From NCBI GenBank assembly GCA_963666215.2, contig CAXWPL010000005.1, positions 1,248,001 to 1,312,000 of the forward strand: a stretch of DNA of 64,000 bases. Reading direction: 5' to 3'. The position numbers were made by a program, and so were the translations under genes. Below the pieces are notes generated by a model. That model was not told the DNA's origin and searched no databases. It saw only the letters and a list, made by a program, of their open reading frames with translations. Positions 30,512-39,610 of this stretch are shown piece by piece. Origin of the DNA: Acidobacteriota bacterium (lineage in GTDB: Bacteria > Acidobacteriota > UBA890 > WLXD01). Each line of letters starts with the position of its first letter. Position 1 is the stretch's first letter.

Positions 30512-30779
30512 GCGTACCAATCAGTTCAAGCGCGACTACAAGCGTGAGTCCAGGGGCCGGCATCGGACAGACCTCGATGCCAGTCTGACGCTCATCGTGG
30601 AGGTCCTGGCCAACAACAAGCCGCTTGAACCTCGGCACTACGACCACGCACTAAGCGGCGAGTGGGGAGATCACCGTGACTGCCACGTGAAACCGGACCT
30701 GGTGCTGATCTACCAGAAGTCCGGCGCCGACACCCTGCGCCTGGTGCGCCTCGGGTCACATGCGGAACTAGGTCTATAA
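30498..30779 (+). CDS. yafQ: YafQ mRNA interferase toxin
   Basis: QFKRDYKR, DHALSGEW, RDCHVKPDLVLIY, LVRLGSHAEL. Confidence 0.93.
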   Translation: MRTIERTNQFKRDYKRESRGRHRTDLDASLTLIVEVLANNKPLEPRHYDHALSGEWGDHRDCHVKPDLVLIYQKSGADTLRLVRLGSHAELGL

Positions 30780-30912
30780 CGCGGAACGACGAAGCGCCAG
30801 GTAGGGCGCGTTCGGCGCACGGCACTGGCCCACGCGCTTGACGTCTGCGAGACAGAGAATCAGACACGGGATACGACACACGGCGCCGCTCGTCTGAAGG
30901 CGCCCTCGCCGG

Positions 30913-30940
30913 TGTGTCGCAAACGGCCGTTTGCGACACA
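30913..30940. repeat. Perfect 28-bp palindrome, candidate res site
   Basis: TGTGTCGCAAACGGCCGTTTGCGACACA; further GACA half-sites at about 30850-30880. Confidence 0.7.
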
Positions 30941-31050
30941 GGCGGATCGGTGACGCCCGCGTCTCGAAGGGGCGGACGGCTCCGATGATATCCAGAACAT
31001 GGATCCTGCTTGCGGCACTCATGTACAACCACGCCGCCCTGGGGCCGTTA

Positions 31051-31095
31051 CAGGGGCGCTCAGGGGATCTCAGGGGATCTCAGGGGCCTCAAGGG
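31051..31095. repeat. 10-bp tandem repeat (CAGGGGATCT-like, 4 copies)
   Basis: CAGGGGCGCT CAGGGGATCT CAGGGGATCT CAGGGGCCTC. Confidence 0.7.
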
Positions 31096-31882
31096 TTCGT
31101 CGTAGATTGTGGATGGCTCTCGGGACGCCGGCGTCCACTTCGCGCCATAAGAGATCGGGACCGTGGTAGCGACCATCGGCCGCTTGGAACCCAAACCCTC
31201 CGCACCCTCCGCCCTGGAGACGCGCGGCCAGTTCGCAGCGGAGCTCGTAGGCACGCACGACGGCCTGGGCAGCCTCCAACAGCGAGGCCGGGGGGGCGGC
31301 CGTCGGGCCGCGGTAGCTCGTCCCTGCGATCTCCGGGCGCGCCTCGTACGCTTCGACGGCCGCGACGGCCGCGGCAGAGAGCCCGAACGCCTCGCCGACG
31401 CGGCACGGCGCCCACGCCGACTTCGGCCCGGCGCGGTCAGGCCATGGATTCGCCCGCTCGCCGGTTCGCCGCGCGCGATCCTCGCTGTCTACCGTGATTT
31501 CCGCGAAGAGCGCGCTCAGCCGGTGGAGCTGTTCGTCGGTGGCACCGGCCAGGAAGTCTGGCTCGGGGTCCGGCAAGGGTTCTGGAGCCGCCGCGCGGAG
31601 CTCGTAGGCCGCGCGGAGCTCGTAGGCGAGCGTGGCCGCGCGCAGCGCCGCCGCGAGCGACTGGGGCGAATCGGGGTTAGCAATGAACACCGCGGCCTGC
31701 CGGAGCGTGGCCTCGCACAGGCCGGGCACGTCAGACGGCACGGTCGCCGCGGCCAGGGCGTCAGGCGCCGACGGGGACGCCGCCTCGGTCGCGTCTACCA
31801 CCTGTGCACGGTGCCGCGCCCGCCGGCGCCGCTGGGCCGCGGTGTTCGCCTGCCGCTGAGCCGTGGGGTCCGCGTAGGGCAT
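31070..31882 (-). CDS. Hypothetical protein, very GC-rich
   Basis: 270-aa ORF, basic N-terminus MPYADPTAQRQANTAAQRRRRAR, 18-bp tandem duplication at 31590-31625. Confidence 0.5.
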   Translation of the reverse strand: MPYADPTAQRQANTAAQRRRRARHRAQVVDATEAASPSAPDALAAATVPSDVPGLCEATLRQAAVFIANPDSPQSLAAALRAATLAYELRAAYELRAAAPEPLPDPEPDFLAGATDEQLHRLSALFAEITVDSEDRARRTGERANPWPDRAGPKSAWAPCRVGEAFGLSAAAVAAVEAYEARPEIAGTSYRGPTAAPPASLLEAAQAVVRAYELRCELAARLQGGGCGGFGFQAADGRYHGPDLLWREVDAGVPRAIHNLRRTLEAPEIP

Positions 31883-32870
31883 GGCCTATCATGTCACACC
31901 ATCCGCGTCACACCATCCGCGTCACACCCGGAAGGGAGGCACCCGCGAACCGAAAACACTCCAAGACGCCATCCTGTACTTCTCTGATCCTGTTCGGTGT
32001 CGGGAATACGTCTTGGTCCGTCGCTGGCCCGGTGGCGTGACCTGCCCACGCTGCGGAAACCAGAAAGTCAAGTTCCAAGAGAAGTACAATCGCTGGCAGT
32101 GTAGCACCCGGCATGACCGGCGGCAATTCACAGTCAAGACCGGGACCATCTTCGAGGACTCCCCGCTTGGCCTCGACAAGTGGTTGTGCGCCATGTGGCT
32201 CGTCGTGAACTGCAAGAATGGCGTTTCATCCTACGAGATTCACCGGGCCATCGGAGTGACCCAAAAGACGGCATGGTTCATGGATCACAGGATTCGCCTA
32301 GCGCTGACGATGGGGTCGGTTGAGAAGCTATCGGGCGAAGTCGAAGCGGATGAGACGTTCATCGGAGGCAAGGCACGCAACATGCACGCGGCCAAGCGAG
32401 CGCGTAGGATCACCGGCACCGGCGGCAAGGACAAGACGGCTGTGCTGGGAGTCCTAGAGCGCGGAGGCAAGGTCCGCGCAACCGTCGTCCCAAGCCGCAA
32501 GAAGGGCGCTCTCCAACCGGAAGTACGGAAGCACGTCGAGGCTGGCTCGGCGCTCTACACGGACGCGCTGAAGTCCTATGAGGGGCTCAACGAGTTCGAG
32601 CATGGCGTGATCGACCATGCCGAGAAGTACGTCGATGGGAAGATCCACACGAACGGCATGGAGAACTTCTGGAGCCTGCTAAAGCGCTCCATCAATGGGA
32701 CTTATGTGAGTGTAGAACCGTTCCACTTGTTTCGATATCTTGACGAGCAAGTGTACCGTTTCAACAGCCGAAAGCTAGGAGACGGCGAGCGGTTCAGCAT
32801 CGCGGTAGCTGGCATCCTCGGAAAGCGCGTAACGTTCAAGCAACTGACCGGGAACGCCGTCGTGGACTGA
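31881..32870 (+). CDS. IS1595-family (ISXO2-like) transposase
   Basis: Zn ribbon CPRCG, FTVKTGTIFEDS, VEADETFIGGK, YTD, HTNGMENFWS; native start unclear. Confidence 0.92.
   Translation: MAYHVTPSASHHPRHTRKGGTREPKTLQDAILYFSDPVRCREYVLVRRWPGGVTCPRCGNQKVKFQEKYNRWQCSTRHDRRQFTVKTGTIFEDSPLGLDKWLCAMWLVVNCKNGVSSYEIHRAIGVTQKTAWFMDHRIRLALTMGSVEKLSGEVEADETFIGGKARNMHAAKRARRITGTGGKDKTAVLGVLERGGKVRATVVPSRKKGALQPEVRKHVEAGSALYTDALKSYEGLNEFEHGVIDHAEKYVDGKIHTNGMENFWSLLKRSINGTYVSVEPFHLFRYLDEQVYRFNSRKLGDGERFSIAVAGILGKRVTFKQLTGNAVVD
31893..31928. repeat. 14-bp tandem repeat GTCACACCATCCGC (2.5 copies)
   Basis: Seen directly, at the junction with the IS1595 transposase. Confidence 0.75.
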
Positions 32871-33029
32871 AAACGAGACCGGCCACGGGGCAGACCCCGC
32901 AAGCGCTAGTCCGAAATGTGGTTTCGACTTATCCCGCCAAATTCGGTACGCTGGAAGCGTACTGGAACTACGGCGTATCAGAATTGTGTTCGCCTTTTGT
33001 TCGTCTGTAGGGAATGGAGGGTTGCCAAG

Positions 33030-33635
33030 ATGACTTCCGCCAAACAATACGAGCCGGACGACATCAAGCTTCGCGAACTTGTGCTGTACTTGGCTACACT
33101 GTCGGAGGGCGATGCCCCATTCGGCAAGGTCAAGCTGAACAAGCTTCTGTTCTATGCGGATTTCAATGCCTACTTGAAGTTTGGAAAGCCGATCACGGGG
33201 CACGAGTACCAAAAACTCAAGAATGGACCAGCCCCACGACAGCTGTTGCCCGTCATTCCGTCGCTGGCAAACCCGCCCGCCCCCGACCGAGATGTCTGCG
33301 TTCGCCAGGACACCTTCCACGGCTGGGATCAGTATCGTCCGCTAGCTCTTCGTCAACCTGACACAAGCGTTTTCAGCGTGCAGGAATCTGAACTCGTGAG
33401 AGAATTGGTCGATCACTTCAAGGGCAAGACAGCTAGAGAAATGAGCGACAGGTCGCATCTCTTCATTGGTTGGCAGTTGGCTGAGGAAGGTGAAACGATA
33501 CCTTATGAAACTGCACTGACTTCGTTCCGTAAACCTAATGATGGTGAGATCATGGTTGGACTACAGCTTCAGGAATTAGCTCAGTCCGTGTTGAGCGGAG
33601 GGGACATCAGTGCTGACAGCGGTCCACTGCCATAG
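33030..33635 (+). CDS. Panacea-domain (DUF4065/SocA-like) antitoxin
   Basis: GGAGG RBS; KLRELVLY, GKVKLNKLLFYADF, ITG.EY.KL.NGPAP, AREMSDRSH, W....EGETIPY. Confidence 0.88.
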   Translation: MTSAKQYEPDDIKLRELVLYLATLSEGDAPFGKVKLNKLLFYADFNAYLKFGKPITGHEYQKLKNGPAPRQLLPVIPSLANPPAPDRDVCVRQDTFHGWDQYRPLALRQPDTSVFSVQESELVRELVDHFKGKTAREMSDRSHLFIGWQLAEEGETIPYETALTSFRKPNDGEIMVGLQLQELAQSVLSGGDISADSGPLP

Positions 33636-33864
33636 GTTTGACCGTGAGCTACGTGAGATTGAACCAGATGCCATTCGCGCCGATGACTTTGTCTTCGATG
33701 CTGTGTGGACACTCTGCCGGAACCCACTGACCGGTACTCAGCTTGGGCAGTCAGATGTATGGTTTTTCCCGATGCATGACTTGTCTGACAGCCCGCCATT
33801 GATCATCTACTATACGTTTAATAAAACGAACGTCCACTTAATGTCAATCCAAATATCCGAGTAG
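33610..33864 (+). CDS. Putative RelE/ParE-fold toxin
   Basis: 84 aa, overlaps the antitoxin; FDREL...LCRNPLTG...PLIIYYTFNKTNVHLMSI matches the RelE layout. Confidence 0.55.
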   Translation: MLTAVHCHRFDRELREIEPDAIRADDFVFDAVWTLCRNPLTGTQLGQSDVWFFPMHDLSDSPPLIIYYTFNKTNVHLMSIQISE

Positions 33865-33870
33865 ATCATC

Positions 33871-34038
33871 TTGTCAAACCACAAACAGTCCGTAGCTCTT
33901 CAGCCCAGCGACACGCCTTGGCAGAGGCTAGACCGTGCGTTCCGAACTGCCCTGACTGTGCCTAAATCTGCGCTAGTGAAGGAAGAGGTCCGGCTGAAGC
34001 GGCAGCGGCAGAAGAAACGGGCCAAGAAACCTACCTGA
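33871..34038 (+). CDS. Small basic protein at the IS1595 right end (55 aa)
   Basis: TTG start; DTPWQRLDRAFRTALTVPKSALVKEEVRLKRQRQKKRAKKPT. Confidence 0.5.
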   Translation: MSNHKQSVALQPSDTPWQRLDRAFRTALTVPKSALVKEEVRLKRQRQKKRAKKPT

Positions 34039-34447
34039 CTCCCCTGCCCCCCATCAGGGGTGTGCCCGACGTTGCCTTCCTAGTTTGAGTTGTCAAGTAT
34101 ATTATTGCCCTTTTTTGGCTATGATTGCCATCTCGAAGGATCTCCTTCGTTAGTGCCTCGCCCTCCAGAAGCTTTTCGAGGAGCCTGATGTGGGGCGGGG
34201 CCGTTTTCGTTTGTCCGCCGCCGGTTGCGGCGGGCCTTCGTTCAACCAGCTTGGCGTTGCGCTGGTGGGGGCCGAGCCCTGAGCTGCTCCGAGCAGAGGA
34301 AGTCCACCGTCGGTGCTGCTAGAAACTGCATTGGTGTCGATGAGCCCACGGGGATGGACCGCTCTCTCTGCCTACCTATGCCGCGTGTAGTGGTGCCGGA
34401 GAGCCATGTCCGGTTGCCTCGACTAGCACCGACTGCCAAGAGCTGGC

Positions 34448-34915
34448 TCATGGGTGCTTCTTCGGAGCCAGTACGTCGTCCACCATGCGAGCGAACGTCG
34501 CTCTCTCGGCGGTTTCCTGGTCGTGGCCTGCCGCCAGCGCGTATTCGAGCCAATAGTCGAAATACTCCCTGCACTCGGTCGACAGGGTTGGCAAGTTCTC
34601 TCTGACGTAGTCGATGGGGTATCGAAGGCGGTGTGCGCTGAGCTTTACCTCTCGGCGCGGAGCTAGGTAGCCGCAGGAGCAAGCAAGCACTCGAACCCCT
34701 GAAGCGATGAGGTGGCGGCAACGTTGGCAGAGACCCTCGGATGGGAGGAGGTCGCGGCCAGACAGGCGGCTCGGATCCCTATCCGACGTACTGCCAAAAC
34801 TGACAAAACCCCGCTTTTGATCCTTATTCGGGGTTTTGTCAGTTTTGGCAGTAGGTAGGTTGGGCGTTTCCGGATTCCAGTCGAGCCATCGTGAATGGAA
34901 TTCAGTAGCGCTCAT
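34448..34915 (-). CDS. Hypothetical protein coupled to DUF3987, containing the inverted repeat
   Basis: ATGA overlap with the DUF3987 stop; CQRC...CSC. Confidence 0.55.
   Translation of the reverse strand: MSATEFHSRWLDWNPETPNLPTAKTDKTPNKDQKRGFVSFGSTSDRDPSRLSGRDLLPSEGLCQRCRHLIASGVRVLACSCGYLAPRREVKLSAHRLRYPIDYVRENLPTLSTECREYFDYWLEYALAAGHDQETAERATFARMVDDVLAPKKHP
34789..34853. repeat. Perfect 25-bp inverted repeat, candidate origin
   Basis: TACTGCCAAAACTGACAAAACCCCG-N15-CGGGGTTTTGTCAGTTTTGGCAGTA. Confidence 0.85.
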
Positions 34916-36495
34916 GACGCCCTCTCGTCGCCGAAGACAGCCGGGTTTATCCGCAGCACCGGACTAGGTCTGCCGCCCCTGCCTCTTGGTTCGACTACAT
35001 CAATAAGGACCCACCCGTGGGCCGCGAGGACCTCGATAGCTAGCTCGACTTGATCGGCCTCTCGCAGTCGGGCCCAGCCATGGCGGTAGATCTCTCGAAC
35101 GGGAGTACCAGTGGGGATAACTCCGGAGCGGATCTTCTTCGCCAGGGCATGCGCACGTCCGAGTTCACCGGCCAGCTCCGGGCTGTAGACCTTGCGAGCA
35201 TGTGATTCGAGGAAGTCGCACCACCCTGCCGCCTGGCGGGCAGCATCCAGGGTAATGAGTGTTGCCTCGGTGTCCTCGCAGAACTGCATGATTGCTGCGA
35301 TCGACGGCATCAGCGAGCGATACTTTGCCAGGTGGGCCTGGAAGGCGGGTGTCGCATCCATCGCCTCCGCACGGAGTCGGCCTTCGAGATCCCCGAGCCA
35401 GTCATTGAAGAGGGCCTGCGCGTCGTCGCTGAATCGGAGGACCGTACCCTCCGGCACTCGATCTAAGCGTGCAAAGAGATCTTGAACCTCTCTGTATGCA
35501 GCTCTGTCGGGCGGTCTATCGACCAGAGTCCAATCTCTGGAGACCTCGGGCCAGACGATCAGTTGAAACCGTTGTAGCAACCCGTCTGCAGCGAAGCCTC
35601 CGTCGACCGCCTCTGATACAAGCTTCCTCAGCTTGCCGGGTTGGATGCCACCGATGATGGAGATGCACAAGCGATCGAGATGCACGGTGCCTCGTCCAAT
35701 CCGATCCCATGTGTAGGAGCCGCCGCCGTTCCAAGATTCGAGGTAAAACTCCCTGTCGCCACGGCGATCGTCGCGTTCGAGGCCACGGACAAACCCGGCT
35801 AACTCGTCCCTATTGAGAAGGAGTCCCCGCTGATTCCTGAGAAGCAGCTCCCCGAGTTTCTCGATCGTCGCATCTGCTACGAGCAATCGCGGGTCCGCCG
35901 CCGCTATTTTGGCCTGCTCCTGCCTCAGAATCGTATCTGCCAGCCGGTGCTCCAGCGGCTTGATTTTTGTCTGATCGGGCGTCTTGTGCGCCTGTCTCAG
36001 CTCCCGTTCCAAGCAGGACAGTTCCTGGCTGATTGAAACCAACTCCGCCTTCAGTCTCGGAGCCTGTCTGTCGTGCGCCTCTCTAGCTTCCACTTCGAGC
36101 TTGCGGATGAATTGCGTCGCCTCGTTGATGGCGGCCGTCTTTTTCGCGCTGGGCGGCGCAACTACACCGCCCCATAGGTTCGGCGTCACCATCCAGGCGT
36201 CATCGTGCGCTTTTGGCTGAATAGAAACGCGGGTCCCCAAGATCGCCGCGACGGCAACAAGGAAGGGCGCAGCAAGGTGCTCCGGTGACAGCTGCATCCT
36301 CTCGGCAGCATCTAGGATGAATGGCCTCACTCTCGCTGGCAGCAGCGCTGAGGGCAGCGTCGCCGCCTTGGTGGCCAAGATCGGCAGCTCCTTGAATTCC
36401 CGAAAACGCCCAGGTAACGTACTGCCAAAACTGACAGAAGGTGGTTGGTAGGGCTCAGCGCTCGCTATTGCGTGGCGAACATCAGCTTCGGACAT
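34912..36495 (-). CDS. DUF3987 / YfjI-family helicase-like replication protein
   Basis: PNLWGGVVAPPSAKKT, DATIEKLGELL, RDELAG, YLESWNG, DRIGRG, GGIQP, DGLLQRF, C-terminal wHTH-like segment. Confidence 0.88.
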   Translation of the reverse strand: MSEADVRHAIASAEPYQPPSVSFGSTLPGRFREFKELPILATKAATLPSALLPARVRPFILDAAERMQLSPEHLAAPFLVAVAAILGTRVSIQPKAHDDAWMVTPNLWGGVVAPPSAKKTAAINEATQFIRKLEVEAREAHDRQAPRLKAELVSISQELSCLERELRQAHKTPDQTKIKPLEHRLADTILRQEQAKIAAADPRLLVADATIEKLGELLLRNQRGLLLNRDELAGFVRGLERDDRRGDREFYLESWNGGGSYTWDRIGRGTVHLDRLCISIIGGIQPGKLRKLVSEAVDGGFAADGLLQRFQLIVWPEVSRDWTLVDRPPDRAAYREVQDLFARLDRVPEGTVLRFSDDAQALFNDWLGDLEGRLRAEAMDATPAFQAHLAKYRSLMPSIAAIMQFCEDTEATLITLDAARQAAGWCDFLESHARKVYSPELAGELGRAHALAKKIRSGVIPTGTPVREIYRHGWARLREADQVELAIEVLAAHGWVLIDVVEPRGRGGRPSPVLRINPAVFGDERAS

Positions 36496-37459
36496 GTCTC
36501 TGTTCCTTTGCCGGCGAGGAGTAGGTCAAGAAAGTCGGTGCCGGCCTCGGCGGGGCAGGCGATCCGTACCGACCGCCCTTCTCCTTGGAACCGCGCCGCA
36601 GCTTCCTTGGCGGCACTGAGCCCGGTTTCGTTTTCGTCGTTGTCCGCAGCAATCAACACTTCGGTAGCCAGGGGAAGCGGCGGCAATTTGAGATTCTCGA
36701 TACCACCAGCCGACAATGCCGCCCACGTTGGTATCCCAGTGGCCTGCTGCACTGCGAGACCTGTCGTCTGAAACCCTCGGCGATAGCGAGCTGGGGACCA
36801 GCCCCAGCCAGCCGCACAGCGCCACCGCTCACCGGTCCTAGCATCTTCTTCTGGGGCTTCTCGGGCGCTTTGCCGGAGCCATCGCGGGCGAGGAAGGGGC
36901 GATGCACGGCAACCACCTTGCGGCTCCCGGCGACGGCGACAGCCGCCAGGAGACACGGCCAGCGCTCCTTGCTCTCCGTGTGGTACAGGAACGGCAAGAA
37001 CGCCAAGGTCGGCGGATACGGTGGCACCAGACCACGGGCTCGGAGGTAGCTCTCTGCGAGGGAGCCCTGTAGCAATAGGCGACGGCCCCAGATCTCGCGG
37101 GCGAAGGCAGAGTTTCGCTCGGCCTTCTCAGCATGCTCAGCGTGATCAGGCATGCGGATCGACACCGGGGTCGAGCCGGTGCCACACAGCTCTTCTACCG
37201 TGTCGCGGAAACCCAGACCACCCAAGAGCTGCGCGAGCTTGATCACATCTCCGCCCTCGCCGCAGCCAAAACAGTAATAGAGCCCCCTGTCGGGCGAAAC
37301 CTTGAAGGATGGCGTCTTTTCCTTGTGGAAGGGGCAGAGTGCCCACCAGTCGCTGCCGCGCTGCTTGAGGGAGATGCCAGACGACTCGCAAACACCTACG
37401 ATCGATGCGCAGTGTGCTGCCTCGATATCGAGGTCAGTAGGCAGACTACTTCCCTCCAA
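36465..37459 (-). pseudogene. Primase (CHC2 Zn finger + Toprim), frameshift near 36770
   Basis: CPFHKEKTPSF...YYCFGCG...IAEG then, in another frame, TGLAVQQATGIPTWAALSAG...IAADND...GTDFLD. Confidence 0.85.
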
Positions 37460-37469
37460 TCTTGCTCAG

Positions 37470-37721
37470 TTAGTGCTGGCCACCATCATGGTGGCCAGGA
37501 CGAGCCTCGCCCGTTAACCCCAGGCCTCCCGGCTGCTGGGCGAGGAGACACTCGAAAAAGCGCTCCTCATCAATGTAAAGGCGTTTGCGATCCCTGATAA
37601 AGGCTCTCTCGAAGCCGTTCGTTGCCCGATGGAAGGCCTTATGGCGCAGGCGTCCGAGTGAGAATGCTCGGTGCCGCTCGGCGAACTGCGGGAGCGTTAG
37701 AAGGTTTGGAATCCTGACCAT
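37470..37721 (-). CDS. Excisionase-like small DNA-binding protein
   Basis: LTLPQFAERH...LR...NGF..AFIR...LYIDEERF; similar to 58219..58524. Confidence 0.7.
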   Translation of the reverse strand: MVRIPNLLTLPQFAERHRAFSLGRLRHKAFHRATNGFERAFIRDRKRLYIDEERFFECLLAQQPGGLGLTGEARPGHHDGGQH

Positions 37722-37806
37722 GAAGAAAACTCGGCGAGTCGGCCTCTACTCGGTGTCCGTGGAGGATCATTGTAGTTGGATGAGCTTCTCTAGTCAACTC
37801 TAAATG

Positions 37807-37880
37807 ACTAGAAACAAAGGACTTATATATAACTATAAACAAAGAACTTATGTATAACTATAAACACAGGACTTATGTGC
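37807..37880. repeat. Three tandem 25-bp AT-rich repeats
   Basis: ACTAGAAACAAAGGACTTATATATA / ACTATAAACAAAGAACTTATGTATA / ACTATAAACACAGGACTTATGTGC. Confidence 0.85.
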
Positions 37881-38000
37881 TGCATCGCGTAGGACAATGT
37901 GTAGCACAAGGCGTGTACATACGAGCGGAACCCTCTCTGCCAAGATGCTTGAGACATCTCGCCACCCCTTAAATAGAGTAGGGCGGAGAGGTGAAACCTG

Positions 38001-38555
38001 ATGTCTGAAGAGAGGAAGATGCAAGAGATGAGATCAGCAGGCACGTCCATTGCGGTCCGGGGCGAGGAGGAGGTTTCCCAGCTTCCCCCGTGCGCCCAGA
38101 TGGGGTCCGCGGAGGCGCCGACGGGCGAGCGTAGCGAGCACGGAGACGCAGCAGCGTGCGCCATCTGGGCGCGGCCGAGCCCTGTGTTGGATCCTGAGGT
38201 GGTCGCCAAGCCAACGCGGCGAACCTTCACGGCCGAGTACAAGCTGCGAATCCTCGAGGAAGTCGAAGTGGCCACGCCTGGCGACATCGGCGCGATCCTG
38301 CGTCGCGAGGGATTGTACAGCTCCCACCTGACGGCCTGGCGCAGGGCACGCAGGACCGGCGCTCTGCGAAGGCTGGGCCGAAGGCGAGGGCGCAAGGCGA
38401 AGTCCGGCAATCCGCTGGCCAAGAAGGTCGAGCAACTGGAAAAGGAGCTATCCCGTACTCGCGAGGCGCTGCGCAAGGCAGAGCTGATCCTCGAAGTGCA
38501 GGGAAAAGTTGCCGGGCTGCTGGGCTTCAACCTCGAGGACGGGAGGAACTCCTGA
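38001..38555 (+). CDS. IS3 transposase OrfA
   Basis: RRTFTAEYKLRILEE, ILRREGLYSSHLTAWR, coiled coil; start uncertain. Confidence 0.88.
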   Translation: MSEERKMQEMRSAGTSIAVRGEEEVSQLPPCAQMGSAEAPTGERSEHGDAAACAIWARPSPVLDPEVVAKPTRRTFTAEYKLRILEEVEVATPGDIGAILRREGLYSSHLTAWRRARRTGALRRLGRRRGRKAKSGNPLAKKVEQLEKELSRTREALRKAELILEVQGKVAGLLGFNLEDGRNS

Positions 38556-38569
38556 TCGCCGCCGCCGAA

Positions 38570-39559
38570 TTGGCGCTGCAGGTCGGCGTCAAGCCGTCCT
38601 GTGTCGCTCTCGGCGTGGCACGGGCGACCCTGTACCGTCGTCGGAAGCCAACTACCGGGCCGCAGCCCCGGCCAACACCCGCCCGGGCTCTGAGCGAGGA
38701 CGAGTGCCAAGCCGTCCTGGACGTCCTGGACTCGCCTCGTTTCGTCGATCGTGCCCCCGCCGAGGTCGTCGCCACGCTCCTGGACGAGCAACGCTACCTC
38801 TGCTCGGAGAGGAGCATGTACCGCATCCTCGCTGCGCGAGCTCCGGTGCGCGAGCGGCGCAACCAGCTTCGCCACCCCGATTACACCAAGCCGGAGCTGG
38901 TGGCGGTCGCCCCCAACCAAGTCTGGTCCTGGGATATCACCCGATTGCGGGGTCCTGAGAAGTGGAGCTACTACTACCTCTACGTCCTGCTCGACATCTT
39001 CAGCCGCTACGTCGTCGGCTGGATGCTCGCGCCCCGCGAGAACGCCAATCTCGCCGGTCGCCTCATCGAGGAGACCTGCTGCAAGCACGACGTCAAACCT
39101 GAGGTGCTCACCCTGCACAGCGATCGGGGCTCCCCGATGACCGCCAAGTGCACGGCTCAGCTGCTCGCCGATCTGGGACTCACTCAGTCGCTCAGCCGGC
39201 CCCAGGTCTGTGACGACAACCCCTTTTCCGAGGCCCAGTTCAAGACCCTCAAGTACCACCCGAGCTTCCCCTCCCGATTCGCCAGCCAGGAGGCCGCCCA
39301 GGCTTTCTGCAGGACCTTCTTCCCTTGGTACAACACCGAGCACCGCCACGGTGGGATCGCCCACCTGACGCCGCACGGCGTCCACCACGGTCGAGCGGAG
39401 CAGGCCCTTGCCGCACGGCAAGTCACGCTCGATGCCGCCTTCCAAACTCACCCAGAACGCTTCCTCCGAGGGCGACCCATCGTCTCGCCTTTACCTGGAA
39501 CCGTATACATCAACCGGCCTGAGGATCCGCCGGTCTCGACCGAAGAGGACCTTCACTAA
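38570..39559 (+). CDS. IS3 transposase OrfB (DDE)
   Basis: PNQVWSWDIT, LDIFSRYVVGW, HSDRGS, DNPFSEAQFKTLK, WYNTEHRH. Confidence 0.92.
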   Translation: MALQVGVKPSCVALGVARATLYRRRKPTTGPQPRPTPARALSEDECQAVLDVLDSPRFVDRAPAEVVATLLDEQRYLCSERSMYRILAARAPVRERRNQLRHPDYTKPELVAVAPNQVWSWDITRLRGPEKWSYYYLYVLLDIFSRYVVGWMLAPRENANLAGRLIEETCCKHDVKPEVLTLHSDRGSPMTAKCTAQLLADLGLTQSLSRPQVCDDNPFSEAQFKTLKYHPSFPSRFASQEAAQAFCRTFFPWYNTEHRHGGIAHLTPHGVHHGRAEQALAARQVTLDAAFQTHPERFLRGRPIVSPLPGTVYINRPEDPPVSTEEDLH

Positions 39560-39610
39560 TTTATGACTCGAGGTGTCTCAAAGTTCTTGACAGGTTCCGG
39601 AATGAAGGGC

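Larger units (their letters stand above)
31945..34109 (+). mobile_element. IS1595-family element with passenger genes; left end not found
   Basis: Lower-GC block; AT-rich right end GTTGTCAAGTATATTATTGCC resembles the GGC...GCC termini of the family. Confidence 0.65.
37926..39599 (+). mobile_element. IS3-family insertion sequence
   Basis: IRs TGCCAAGATGCTTGAGACATCTCG (37938) and CGAGGTGTCTCAAAGTTCTTGACA (ends 39592), outer CGGAACC/GGTTCCG; exact tips uncertain. Confidence 0.85.

Noticed and set aside
37807-37880. Repeats as a CRISPR array
   Set aside because: Units are contiguous with no spacers, and no cas genes are present
37823-39451. 542-aa minus-strand ORF
   Set aside because: Antisense shadow of the IS3 transposase genes
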